This document shows, in pieces, positions 11,736 to 23,574 of a stretch of 64,000 nt of DNA. Below the pieces are notes generated by a model, which worked only from the letters and a program-made list of their open reading frames with translations, searched no databases and was not told the DNA's origin. The DNA comes from Paraspadella gotoi. Its lineage: Eukaryota > Animalia > Chaetognatha. The stretch is from contig CM119265.1 in the NCBI GenBank assembly GCA_051294375.1, forward strand, positions 15,352,963-15,416,962, written 5' to 3'. How positions within the stretch are numbered: position 1 is the stretch's first letter; the number at the start of each line of letters is the position of its first letter. The position numbers were made by a program, and so were the translations under genes.

Positions 11736-14700
11736 GAGGCTACATCGTTTATCGGGAAATAAAAGAAAAACATAAGAGAGAAAAGGAGAGAAAATTGTCA
11801 ACGCCCTCCGATGGCTCAAAAATGAGGAAAAAGTGCGAGACTCTCACTGAGTCAAAAACGAAGCGAGCTCTGGCGCGCGTAAACATTCCAATGGCTCCTA
11901 AACTCTCCGCTTTACGGCCTCGAAAATAAGTCTTCAAACGTCGTCCGTGCTGTCGTCGTCCCTTTCGTCGTCGTTTTACCGTCAAAATACTTAAAACTGC
12001 CGCCTTTCAAGTCGGGACGCTAACGCCTCCATTCCTTGTCGCCTCCCGTTTCTGAGCGACACCCTCGTCACCACTCGAGCCCCACCTACCCTTCCAGCTC
12101 TTAAACTCGTCCAACCCTGCTCGCTCAACTTGTCTCGACTCTTTTCCGCCTCCCCAGGTTTTTATATGTTTTTGTTTTGTTTGCCACTAGAAGGAATGTT
12201 TGGTTCTCCATTGTTTTGTGTTCCCCTTTTCTGAGAAATGGCGGATTTCAATCGGTGCGGCGGAAAAAGGAAAAGGGAGAAGGAAGCGGGCGGAGTCGGG
12301 GCGAGCTAGCGGGTGCCGGGCGAGCGGATCCGGGCGGACGGCGGCGAGCGGGTGCCGGGGCGGGCGAAGCCGCCTCCTATTCACTTTCGCCGTCTTCCAT
12401 AAATGGATTCATCTTTAACACGTTTAAGAAGAAAGTTGGTTAGAGAAGGAGAAGAGGAGGAGAGGAGGAAATGGAGGAAAGGATCCGTTTAACCCTCGTC
12501 ACTTGTAGGACGAGATGGAGAGAAGGATGGATGATGATTCAAGAATTAGAATATTAAAGAGAGAGAATTCGGACATTTTATGACATAAATTAAGTGGAGA
12601 CTTTCTGTAGTTGACCATCTTGATCTGAAGTTACTATGCAGAACCGAGAGATTCAGTCTCAAATTATGCGCCTTTCGACTCATGCCTCATCAAGACAGGG
12701 GACAAGCCACAACTCGCAGATGAGAAAGGGTTTTCACCAATCGACGGGGTGTTTAAGAGTTGTGGCGCCAATGAACGTGCGTTTTGAACTCGAAAGAATC
12801 GTTGGAGGTATGTAAAGACGTGACGTGGATTAAAGATGGGTCTAGGACTGCGGGTGGCTCTCGGTTGGAGCGTCTGTCAATAGAGGCGTGTCGTCTACGC
12901 TTCCGCCCTCTCCGGGATTTGTCTCAATATTTTATTCGAATATAAAAAAAATCGTTTCCTTTGGAATTTCATCGGGTGCTTTTATTTGCTTTCGTTAAAT
13001 TCAGAAGTAATTCGATTTTCCCGGTTTCTCTATTATCCGACTTTTCTGCCAGTCCGTGCCGCCCTTCCCTTTTCCCTCTCCTATTCACGAGTTCCGTCTC
13101 ATCTTTCCCTACGAGTCCCACTCGGCCCATTCACTCCCGACCCCCGACCCCTTCACATCTTTCTTTCTCGTTTTTCTCCTTTCTCCCCACTCCCTCTTTT
13201 CTCCTACCCGCAATTTTTCAAAAAACATTCGGCTAAAATGGAAAAAATTCTAAAACTCTCTCGTCCTACCACGTCGACGCTTTGCATTTTTTCGTTTCAT
13301 CCTCTCTGCCTTTCGTGGAGTTCGTCGCCACGCCTATTTTGAGTCGCTCGATTCAACGTCAATCTTTTTACTTCTTCTGCCTCTTACTGTTGTTCCACGT
13401 AAAAACGGAGTAATTCTCGAAACGTTTGCAGATCATTTTATCCTTTAGAATCTACAATAACTTCGATTCGGTTTATTAAGTTTAATTGCTTTGCCGTTTA
13501 TTAAATGGTTATTAATATTTTTAAAAATCTGTTTTAATTCTACTTGTCTGCCCCCGTCTTTATCCTCGAGTTACTAATTCCAAAAACGATCCATCCCCAC
13601 ATTCATCTCAACTCTCCTCCCGCTTTCTCCAGCTTCAAATTTCTACACCCAAGTCACCCATTTACCAAGCCCGCCAACGTCTCCACGCACCCCGGTCCGG
13701 CGTCTCGCTCGAGATAAGGCTGCGTCCACGACGCGTCGGCGTCTCTCTCGCGCGACCCCGGGACGACGAAACGTTTTACGCTGGCGCAATGCGCGTGCAT
13801 ATCGAAAATAAAACGTTCTCGTTGTCGGCGGATGCGGCAGAAGCGGCAGCGACGCCGCCGGCGATTACAGCGTTGGTTGCGGCTGTGCGCGCGCTAATGC
13901 GGTGACAAGGGAGGCGGTGCGAAAGCGGAAACGATGGCACCGAACGCGGGCGGCGCGATAGCGGTAAGACGACGGCCGCCCCTCTTTTCGCTTCGTCGAC
14001 GAATTGAGGACGCTCGGTGGATGGTGGGGGGATGAGAGGAATGCGAACAGTTATGAGGTGAAGGGCTGGGGAGATTCAAGACGCAGAATAAGGGGAGATA
14101 TGCACGAGAAGGTAGAAGCGATGAAAAAGCCATAATTATGGACGGTCAAATTTGTAAAACCGTGGAAAGATCGAAGGATTTTTGTAATACCGGGAAAATA
14201 AGACCCTTGAAGATTGGGAAGTGTTTGGCGAACTGGGGCGAGATTCACGGATGTAGCCCAACGGTTTCCGACTCGTGGTATTGCGGTCATGGTGTGCGGT
14301 CCGGCTACGGCCGCCACGTCTAAACAGGATGTCGGGCGCCTCGGCCGAATACGATGAGAACGTCGGGGCGGCGGTTGTTTCGGTCGAGATCGGTGACCGG
14401 AATGAAGTAGTTGACGAGCGAAAACGCAACGTCATCTGTGACCGAAAGGGAAGCGAATTGAGGACGTCCGAGTCGTCGTCGTCATCGTCGTCGTCTTCAT
14501 CTTCTGACCCGGAAGAAAAGGGAATTGAAGACGTCTCTCTCGGTTGGTCCGAGTAACCGTCATCATTTTATACTATTTTCCTCTGTATGAAATTGTACAA
14601 CGAATAATAAAATTATCCATTCATTAATTAATAATAAAGCTTTCTTGTCCCAGACCCTAACCCTGACCGAGTCGGATCGACATCCACTTTCTCAGTCGCG

Positions 14701-15279
14701 GTTTCTGCACTCAAGTTTCTCGTCTTCATTTTTGTCGTCGTCTTCGTCGTCGTCGTCCCAATTTGTTCTTCATCGACGTCGTCGTCGTTTTCTCCCCGAT
14801 ACGAGGACGAATCCTCGGCGACCTTCGACCCCGCAGCGAATAAAGTTGTCATGGTTTCCGCGGAAGAAGTAATCGTGTCAAAGCGAAACGTGGGGAGAAA
14901 TTCAGAATTTCCCAACATCGCTTCTTCGTTCTTGAGTGAGAGGAGAAAAAAAATCGTGAAAAGTGAGACAGGGAAAAGGGAATTTTTTCACGCATAATAT
15001 ATGAACAATAATTTGAAACATGCATATATTTTAAATTTCTTTTTTTTTTCCTTTTTTTTTATACGATAGTCATGTTTTGCTTCCCTTCGCACCAGATTGA
15101 TTTGAGACTGGACGACTCAGTTTCTCTAAATTTCGATCGATTTTCTCAATCCTCATTCAAATCTTATTTATTTATCTTATTATGTTCCGTTTCTTGTTTA
15201 TTGTAACACAAATTTAGTATTAGTCAACCGGATATAAAAAAAACGAAACGTTGAAACTTCTCGTGTTTGCGATCGTAAT

Positions 15280-15455
15280 TATCGGCCATCTTCCCGGTTC
15301 CGCGTCGGTTACGGCGTCGCGCGCCGCCGCCTACGCCGTCGCGCCATCTAAGCGCCGGACGCGTGATGGGTTTTTAATGAGCTCTCACAACCGCCGGTTC
15401 ACGCCAACGTGAGCGTGCCACGTTTCTTGCAGCGGCGATCGTCACGTGATCCCAT
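15280..15455. promoter_or_regulatory. CpG-dense promoter-like patch (YY1-like GCCATCT twice, E-box GTCACGTGAT)
   Basis: Motif matches only; duplicated at ~32790-32970. Confidence 0.3.
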
Positions 15456-15912
15456 GTTATTGTCATGAAATGACGACAAACTTCAAAAATTCATGAAGCG
15501 CACGACGAGGGAAAAAAATTGTTGGGACGAGATTTACGAGGATGAGCGGGAAAAATAAAATCTGGGAGGAGAGGGGGAAAAGTGAGAGGAAGGTTTGTGA
15601 GAAGTTGAAGAAGGAAAAATTGGCTGAGGAAATGCGAAAGGTCTTCTCAAAAAAGTATTTTTCACTCAGGCCGAAAGGAACACAACAAAGTTCATTTTTC
15701 AACTTAAAGGTTTTGTAATCTGTGTCCTACATGTTTTATAATTCTATGATTAACGACAAATAAAATCAATTCCTCAAGACGAAAACTGTACATGTGACTG
15801 AATATAGTTGAGACAACGTTCAAAACTCTCTCTCAGGTCATTTCCATTCCACTTTCTGTCACGTAATTTTTTTTTTCTCGTCTCTTATTTTCTTTTACGC
15901 GCTGCGAATATC

Positions 15913-15937
15913 NNNNNNNNNNNNNNNNNNNNNNNNN
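15913..15937. other. Assembly gap of exactly 25 N
   Basis: Counted 25 N. The gap at 42271-42295 is also 25 N. Other gaps are at 293-501, 1036-1226, 43091-43210 and 43673-43847. Confidence 0.98.
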
Positions 15938-18900
15938 CGAGTGGGGACTCGTAGGGAAAGATGAGACGGAAACTCGTGAATAGGAGAGGGAAAAGGGAAG
16001 GGCGGCACGGACTGGCAGAAAAGTCGGATAATAGAGAAACCGGGAAAATCGAATTACTTCTGAATTTAACGAAAGCAAATAAAAGCACCCGATGAAATTT
16101 CCAAAGGAAACGATTTTTTTTTTTTATATTCGAATAAAATATTGAGAAAATCCCGGGAGAGGCGAGAGCGGATAGACGACACGCCTCTATTGACAGACGC
16201 CTCCAACCGAGAGCCACCCGCAGTCCTAGACGCCATCTTTAATCCACGTCACGTCTTTACATACCTCCAACGATTCTTTCGAGTTCAAAACGCACGTTCA
16301 TTGGCGCCACAACTCTTAAACACCCCGTCGATTGGTGAAAACCCCTTTCTCATCTGCGAGTTGTGGCTTGTCCCCTGTCTTGATGAGGCTAGAGTCGAAA
16401 GGCGCATAATGAGAACTGAATCTCTCGGTTCTGCATAGAACTTCAGATCAAGATGTAAACTACAAGAAAGTCTCCACTTAATTTATGTCATAAAATGTCC
16501 GAATTCTCTCTCGTCTTAATATTCTAATTCTTGAATCATCATCCATCCTTCTCTCCATCTCGTCCTACAAGTGACGAGGAAGGTTAAACGGATCCTTTCC
16601 TCCATTTCTCTCTCCCTCTCTCCTCCTTCTCTAACCAACTCTTCTTCTTAAACGTGTTAAAGATGAATCCATTTATGGAAGCGGCGAAAGTGAATAGGAG
16701 GCGGTCTTCGCCGCCCCCGGCACCCGCTCGGCCGCCGTCCGCCCGGATCCGCTCGCCCGGCACCCGCTAGCTCGCCCGACTCCGCCCGCTTCCTTCTCCC
16801 TTTTCCTTTTTCCGCCGCACCGATTGAAATCCGCCATTTCTCAGAAAAGGGGAACACAAACAATGGAGACCAAAAACATTCCTTCTAGTGGCAAACAAAA
16901 CAAAAACATATAAAAACCTGGGGAGGCGGAAAGAGTCGAGACAAGTTGAGCGAGCAGGGTTGGACGAGTTTAAGAGCTGGAAGGGTAGGTGGGGCTCGGA
17001 GTGGTGGACGAGGGTGTCGCTCAGAAACGGGGAGGCGACAAGGAATGGAGGCGTAGCGTCCGACTTGAAAGGCGGCAGTTTTTAAGTATTTTGACGGTAA
17101 AACGACGACGAAAGGGACGACGACAGCGACGACGACGTTTGAGACTTAATTTTCGAGGCGTAAAGCGGAGAGTTTAGGAGCCATTGGAATGTTTACGCGC
17201 GCCAGAGCTCGCTTCGTTTTTGATCAGTGAGAGTCTCGCACTTTTTCCTCATTTTTGAGGCCATCGGAGGGCGTTGACAATTTTCTCTCCTTTTTCTCTC
17301 TATGTTTTTCTTTTATTTCCCGAATAAACGATGTAGCCTCGTTGCCAAGGTTACAAGTTTCGCGCGACATTCGAGATTTAATAAATTTACGGATTATCGG
17401 CGGCTTTAAAAATGATAAAACTGGGATCATAAATAATGTAAGGAGGCATTCAAAGTTTTTTTTTTCTTTTCCACACCACGTACAAAGTAATAGAAGCCAT
17501 GAATTAATTTAACCAAAGAATAAAAAAAAAGAAGAAACTCACGTCCTCTCTTTTTCGTTCTCACGGTGTGAAAGGGTGGAATTAAAAAGAAAAAAAAAAG
17601 CTCGCGACCGGGATTCTATTTTGGTTCGTGACGTCGTCAAACGCGCATAATTGCAAAATAAATTGAAAGACGTCATTTGAATTCAGAGGCGGATTTTTTC
17701 CCGGTCGCTGGGCCGGTCGTCCGGCGATTCGCCGACGACTTCGACGACGGGATGACGGGATGACGGGACTTTTGAAAAAAAAAGGGATGGTTAAGGGGGG
17801 GGTGTTGAGAGACAAGGACAGTGGAATCGTCCGAGGGTCAATTGACACAAGTAAAAATTGGCGTCGAGATATTCATTGACTAGAAACGTGGTTGGTCGTC
17901 TGAGGGAAGAAAACTTATCGGAGCGGAAATCGGTCAAAGTGGAATTACATCTAGAAAGACGCGAGAAACTTTGAGTTAAAAAAAAAAAAATCCTACTATT
18001 TCTCGTTCTGCCTTGATTTTTTGAAATTTTTCATCGCGAGACGTGATCACAATCACTGCGTCAGCCTCACAGACTTCGATAATCGTCCGTCGTCATCGTC
18101 GTTATATCATCGTCGTCATATTCGCGATCGCTTTCGTCGCCAATGTCGTCGTGACAAATCTCATCTGCATCCGAGTCACGTCTTTGGAGGCATCCGATGC
18201 CGACGCCTCCCGAGAGGAGATGCGAAGGACGGGTGCCGACACGCGGGAAGAAGACGACAAGGCCAGGTGCGAGACCCAAAGAAATAGGTTTCGAGCGGGG
18301 AAAAAAAGGAGGGGGGAGGAGAAAGAGGAAGGGAAGTAAAGCGACATCCGCTGCGCAGGTGCGAGGGATACAGTGACGTTGACGTCGGCGAGGCAGATGG
18401 CGCGAGGAGACGGCAATGAGGTACGGAGGCCACGGATGAGAGATGGCAACGAAGAAAAGACATTCGCCAAGTGTACGGATGGCAAAAACGGTGCGCGATC
18501 GCCAAGACGTTTATGACGGACGACGACCGCGCGTGTCGTCGAAAAAGTGGACGTCAGGTGGCGTCGAGTCGAGCAAAATGGCGCAAATGGGAGGATGACA
18601 AAATATGCAATCGCTCGCGATGGTAAAGGTTTCGTTGAGAGGAGAGTGAGGAATGGAGAGAAAAATTGATGAAAAGGATTGATAACTTAGGCCGAGATGT
18701 ACTAACTAGGAAAAAGTATAAAGTATAATATGTATAAAGTATTCATTTATTTCAATTAAAAGTATACAAAAAATAGGTAAAACATTCTTATATTTAGTAT
18801 ACCGTCCTTGGCATACAGCAAATTGAGGTATGATAGTGAAATATTTTTTCACATCTTTTAACGCAATTCTTTTCAGCCCCAATGTTAATTTTGCGCATCT

Positions 18901-21900
18901 TTCCTTTTTCTGAGAACTATAATAGTACTTTTTTGAAACAAAAAGAGTGCAAAGCCTTTAGCATTACCAAAATTAAAAATAAAAAAAAATACTAACTCTT
19001 ATTGAATAAAAAACAATAACTAAATACTAAAAATGGTAAAACCTAAAGATGATTTTTTTTAATTTAAAGTAATAATATTTTTTGCCTCTAACTTCTAAAC
19101 AATTTGACCTATAAAAAATGGAAGGAAGCTACTGAAAAAAATTCATTTAAATTTGAAATATTCTGATTTTTAAAAAAAATGTTATATACTTTTTTCCTAG
19201 ATAGTACTATTGTAGTACGGGTTATATGCAGTGTATAGTTTGCAGTGTGTTTAGTGTGTAGTGTACTGTTGGGTTCAAAGAGTGCTGTTCGTTGTGCAGA
19301 AGGAATGAGAGGCTTTTCGGTTAGTGGTGAGACACGGGCGGCCTAATGGTAAGTTCTTCGTTGAAGAGAGAGAAAAGAGATGGTTAAGCGCTGAGGCGTG
19401 ACGCGCGCCGGAAATGGCAAAGATGGGTGAGAGATAAGGCAGAGCGCGAGGCGAGGAAGAGACTGAATTTCCTCGCCAGGTGGCTACGAGGCGTGACGGG
19501 CGAAAGTGCCTGTCCGACGCCGCGAATGATAAACGGGGCGCCGGGTTGCCGGCCGATGAGCGGCGATAGATTCGCTCGGTGGCGGGAAATTCGTTGCCGG
19601 AAATTCGAGACACGAACCAGAGATCTCCGGAAATCAGAGATCAGTCAAACAAAAAAAAAACCAAAAAAAAAACCGGACAGTTGAAGAGACATCGACAGTC
19701 TGGTGGCAGTAAAAAGACGCTATAGATTGCGACGACGACGACATGACGACGAGTTAAACGAGATTAAAAGAAGCGAAAGTCGTAAAGAAGACATTTTCTA
19801 ACTAGACACCGACGACGACGCGATGACGATTACGACGACGACTGACGACGACGACGATTACGTATGAAATTGTAGTTGGAAGGAAGCAATTCGACTTCGT
19901 TAAAATGGGACCGAATCTCATTGATTCATGGCGTTCGCACAATAGAGAAGATTATCAGGCGGATTTGGGCAACGAGGAGAGAGGAGGGGGAAAATAAATA
20001 GGAAAAATGAGGAGAGGGAAAAATAAATAGGAAAATAGGAAGTGAGGAAAAAAAAAACCGAATTCGTTTCGATTCACGGGATGGACACGGTAAAAAATTC
20101 TGGAAGAAGTTTAGAGTTGATTAAAATTGTCTTTCGTTGCTGTCACGACATCACGTAATAAAATCAAATTGTAACATGACAAGATGAATAATAATAGTGG
20201 ACCTGCCAGGCTAACTCGCAAATCGAAAGAATATTCTTTGGAACCCTAACCAATTAAGGGAGAGAAAAATCAAAACGTGCCTCGGTCCAATTGAGAGAAA
20301 CGTAACAGAACGAAAAAAAGGGATTAAGGGAAACGAGAACTCCGCAAAACAGAAACCCACGAAAAAACGACTCAAAACCCACGAACCACAAAACCCACGT
20401 CATTCACTTCGAAAGAGTTTTTCCACACTTAAAACGGATGTTAAAAAGAAGTCAACCTTGAACAAACAAATTGGCCGGAAAAAACTAGTTTTTTTTTCTC
20501 TTTTTTTGGATATGGATTCTAGACCGTCGAAAGATGCATTTCTTGGTGGGTGAAAGCAACTACGTTCTTTACCAGCTTTTCTGTGCGTGTGAACCTACTT
20601 ACATGCTTTGCAGCATACTTGAATATTTCCAAAGCATATTTCCATCTTTGCTACATAATACTTCAACCAAAATCTATACCAAAAAAAGTAAGAAACTTGG
20701 TTACGATTTTCAGACTTCCGACTCTGTGTGAGGCAGGGAAAACAACCTCGTAAAAAGTATTAAAAAAAGGGGAAAAAATATAAAAAAGTTAAGATGGAAT
20801 TGGATTCGGTTCCCAATTGCATCCGGGCGGCGATCGGGCGAAGCAATGGATCCGCGAGAGGGATGGAATCGTGAAAAGCGAAGGTGGGAAGAGTGAGAAT
20901 GATGAAAACAGATCGAAAATGGCGAAGATTGAAAAGCAACAAAAGGCAGTGAAAGTAAGGCTGATTCAGACAGGAAAGAGACAGCTGAGAAGGAAGATTG
21001 CCGAATGATACTGAGAAAGCTGTTTAAAAACAATGAAAATTACGAAAAACTTATACTATAAGAACTTACAACTAATAAGTTAATGAAATCCGCGCAATAT
21101 AATAAATGGATTTAAATTAATGGATTAACAGGTTCAAATCCAGATCGCATTCATACCATCAATCACTTTCTCTCACAGTTGGACGCAATCTCCGAAACTG
21201 TTTGATTCGCTCTCTGTCGTTCCTAAGAAGGATTGTAACCATTCGTACAAAAGGTCCCCAGTTTCTCTCTTCTCGACCTTTGATTCTCCGGCGCCAAATT
21301 CGCTCGACGCCGCCAATCGGCGCGCCTCGGCTCAAACGACGCCGGCGACTCACCCAAAAAAAAATCTTTTTTTCCGGTCTCTTCATTCTGGTCCAACAGT
21401 TAAAGCTATCCAGCTGGAATTGACCTCGGCCACTCCCATTGTGGCTCCCACCCAGTCGCGCGCCCTGACTCCCCGTTCTTCTCGACCAACCCGCAACGGC
21501 CACGCGGACACGCCCACTGGCAACCGAGAGAGACGCCTTCGATGCCCTGCAACGTCACAGGAAACTTAACCTCCAGCGAAACCCCGCCGCAAAAAATGGC
21601 GGCTCTCTCTCTCTCTTACCTTTCTTATCGCTCGTATTTCCTTTCTTTCTCTCTCCTCTCTCTCTTTTTCCAGCGCTTTCTTCGGTTCGTATTATTCTTT
21701 CGCTAAATGTGAAACAAGAAACCCGTATTGACCTCGTGGTAACTAACAGTTTATATAAATATTTATTTTGAATATTGTAGTATATCTGAGTAGTCAAAAT
21801 TAACACCAGCTATCATCCGAGTCGGATATAAAATTCACGCGCCGTATATCACATATTTTTCACGAGGGCTCACCCTTCCCTCCCCTCAGTTCCTGCGTCC

Positions 21901-23085
21901 GAGATCCAATAAGGGAGATCGCAAGCTGCGAGAATTGAAACGGAGTCCGTCATTGGTTTTCGCAAGAATCCGTTAGAGTTGGCGCGCGGTTGCCAAGGCG
22001 ACGGTTTTCCTGTTCGCTAACCAAAAGAAAAAAAACAACCATTATGGCATCCATTCATTTATAAATTGACAATTGCAGTTTTCCAATATCCAAATTGTCC
22101 AATACAATATTTACAAACGACATCTGTCCCCACCTTGATAAAGCTACCATCTTCTTCCCGACGGACATTTTGTGAGAATCGTTCAGTTTGGCCCGCCCTT
22201 TCTCTTCCATATTTTTTTTAGACATTTAACAATAGAAATAGACTCTTTCCCATTATCTTCTTTGGAGGTCTTTAGATCTCTTTCATTTTATTCAAGTTTT
22301 TCTATTTTTTTTTTAACTGATTTTTTCCTTTAGTTCGGCGCCTGTTTTGTTTTCGGTTCCCTTGTTCTGGGATTCACTTTCTTATTTGCTCAGGTTTTTC
22401 TCTCTCTTTTTAATTTCAACAGTCTTTCGTTCTTTCGTTCTCTCTTTTCTTTCTTTCTTTCATTTTTACTTTCTTTCTTTCCTTCTCTCATTCTTTCCTT
22501 TTTTAGTAACTTTTTTCTTCCCTGGATTTTTCTTCGAGGGGAAACAAAACGACGTCGGTAACCGTCGGTTCATTTGATTTAAATTTTCTCGTTTCTTTAC
22601 GGTCGCATGCGAGGCGCTTGTCAACCCTGAACCTCCCTCTCCCTCAGTGATTTCGTTGAGTGCACGTGCACGGTGCATGCATGGACATGCAAAGTTAATG
22701 AAGAGGATGATTTTCGGCACTATTATTATTAAACATACATACAATGTTAAATTACGCGCATGTTTCTTGAACAGTCACATTGGTAATACACACGCCTGTC
22801 ACCCAAATATTTTTTCAGACTTGTTTTCTCTCGTTTTATTGGGGAAAACAATTTTTAGAGCAAACATATTCTTTAAACATGACGATCCCTCGTTCCGCGA
22901 TCCACGTTTCGACCTCGACCCTTTAAAATTAAATTCTCGAACACAAACAGTGAAAGTCTATTTCATACGGAAACTCGTCCGCGTCGATGAATCAAATGAC
23001 GTGCCGAATAAACTCTTTCACACCAAACAAAAAGCCACTGAAAAAAAAAGTAAGATAAATGAAATAAAAGAACTGTTTAGGAGAT
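15938..23085 (-). repeat. Inverted copy B (reverse complement of ~6003-13124)
   Basis: Starts cgagtggggactcgtagggaaag, the reverse complement of ~13103-13124. It ends matching ~6003-6045. Differences are mostly 1-nt indels. Confidence 0.97.
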
Positions 23086-23574
23086 ATATATTTATAATCT
23101 TGAGAGTCATAATTTCGAATGTTAGTTGTATCCAAAAAAAAAAGTGAAAAAAAAGAAAAAAACATTTATAAAATATTTAAGAAAGAATTTTTGAAGTTGG
23201 CCTGTCATTCGGACAGCTGCGATACTAGGTTGTTTAATTCTCAAAAACAAAAAGCTGTCCTTGAGTAAACCGAGTTTTCCGCCTCATAGAAATATTAGAC
23301 AACTTTATAGAATAATAAAAGTAACAATTCACCATTCGCCTTGTTTCGTGTTCCCTGCTAATTCCCAGGAGAATTTAATTGATGTTAAAGGGCTCAAGAG
23401 GTCGAAAAATACGAGTTGGAGAGGGAATTTCTTGATAGTTTCTCTCAATCTTGTTCTTCTGCACGGAACGAGGGACTGTGAGCGGGTCATGTATAAATTA
23501 AAGAAAATAAAAGTGTATTTGCTCTAAAAAATGTTATGCCGGGAATTCCCCACAAATTTAAAAACTGAGAGAAT
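23086..23574. other. Noisy fold-back apex between copies B and C
   Basis: An insertion-riddled version of ~6060-6245 (e.g. gggctcaagaggtcgaaaaatacg vs ggctcgaggtcgaaacg), as expected from a low-quality single-pass long read. Confidence 0.75.

Larger units (their letters stand above)
6003..15912 (+). repeat. ~10-kb segment, copy A of a forward/inverted/forward triplication
   Basis: Colinear with 23575-33440 and the reverse complement of 15938-23085. The ORF track repeats accordingly (e.g. MFLNSFLSIIRQSSF at 8050+, 21033-, 25413+). Confidence 0.97.
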
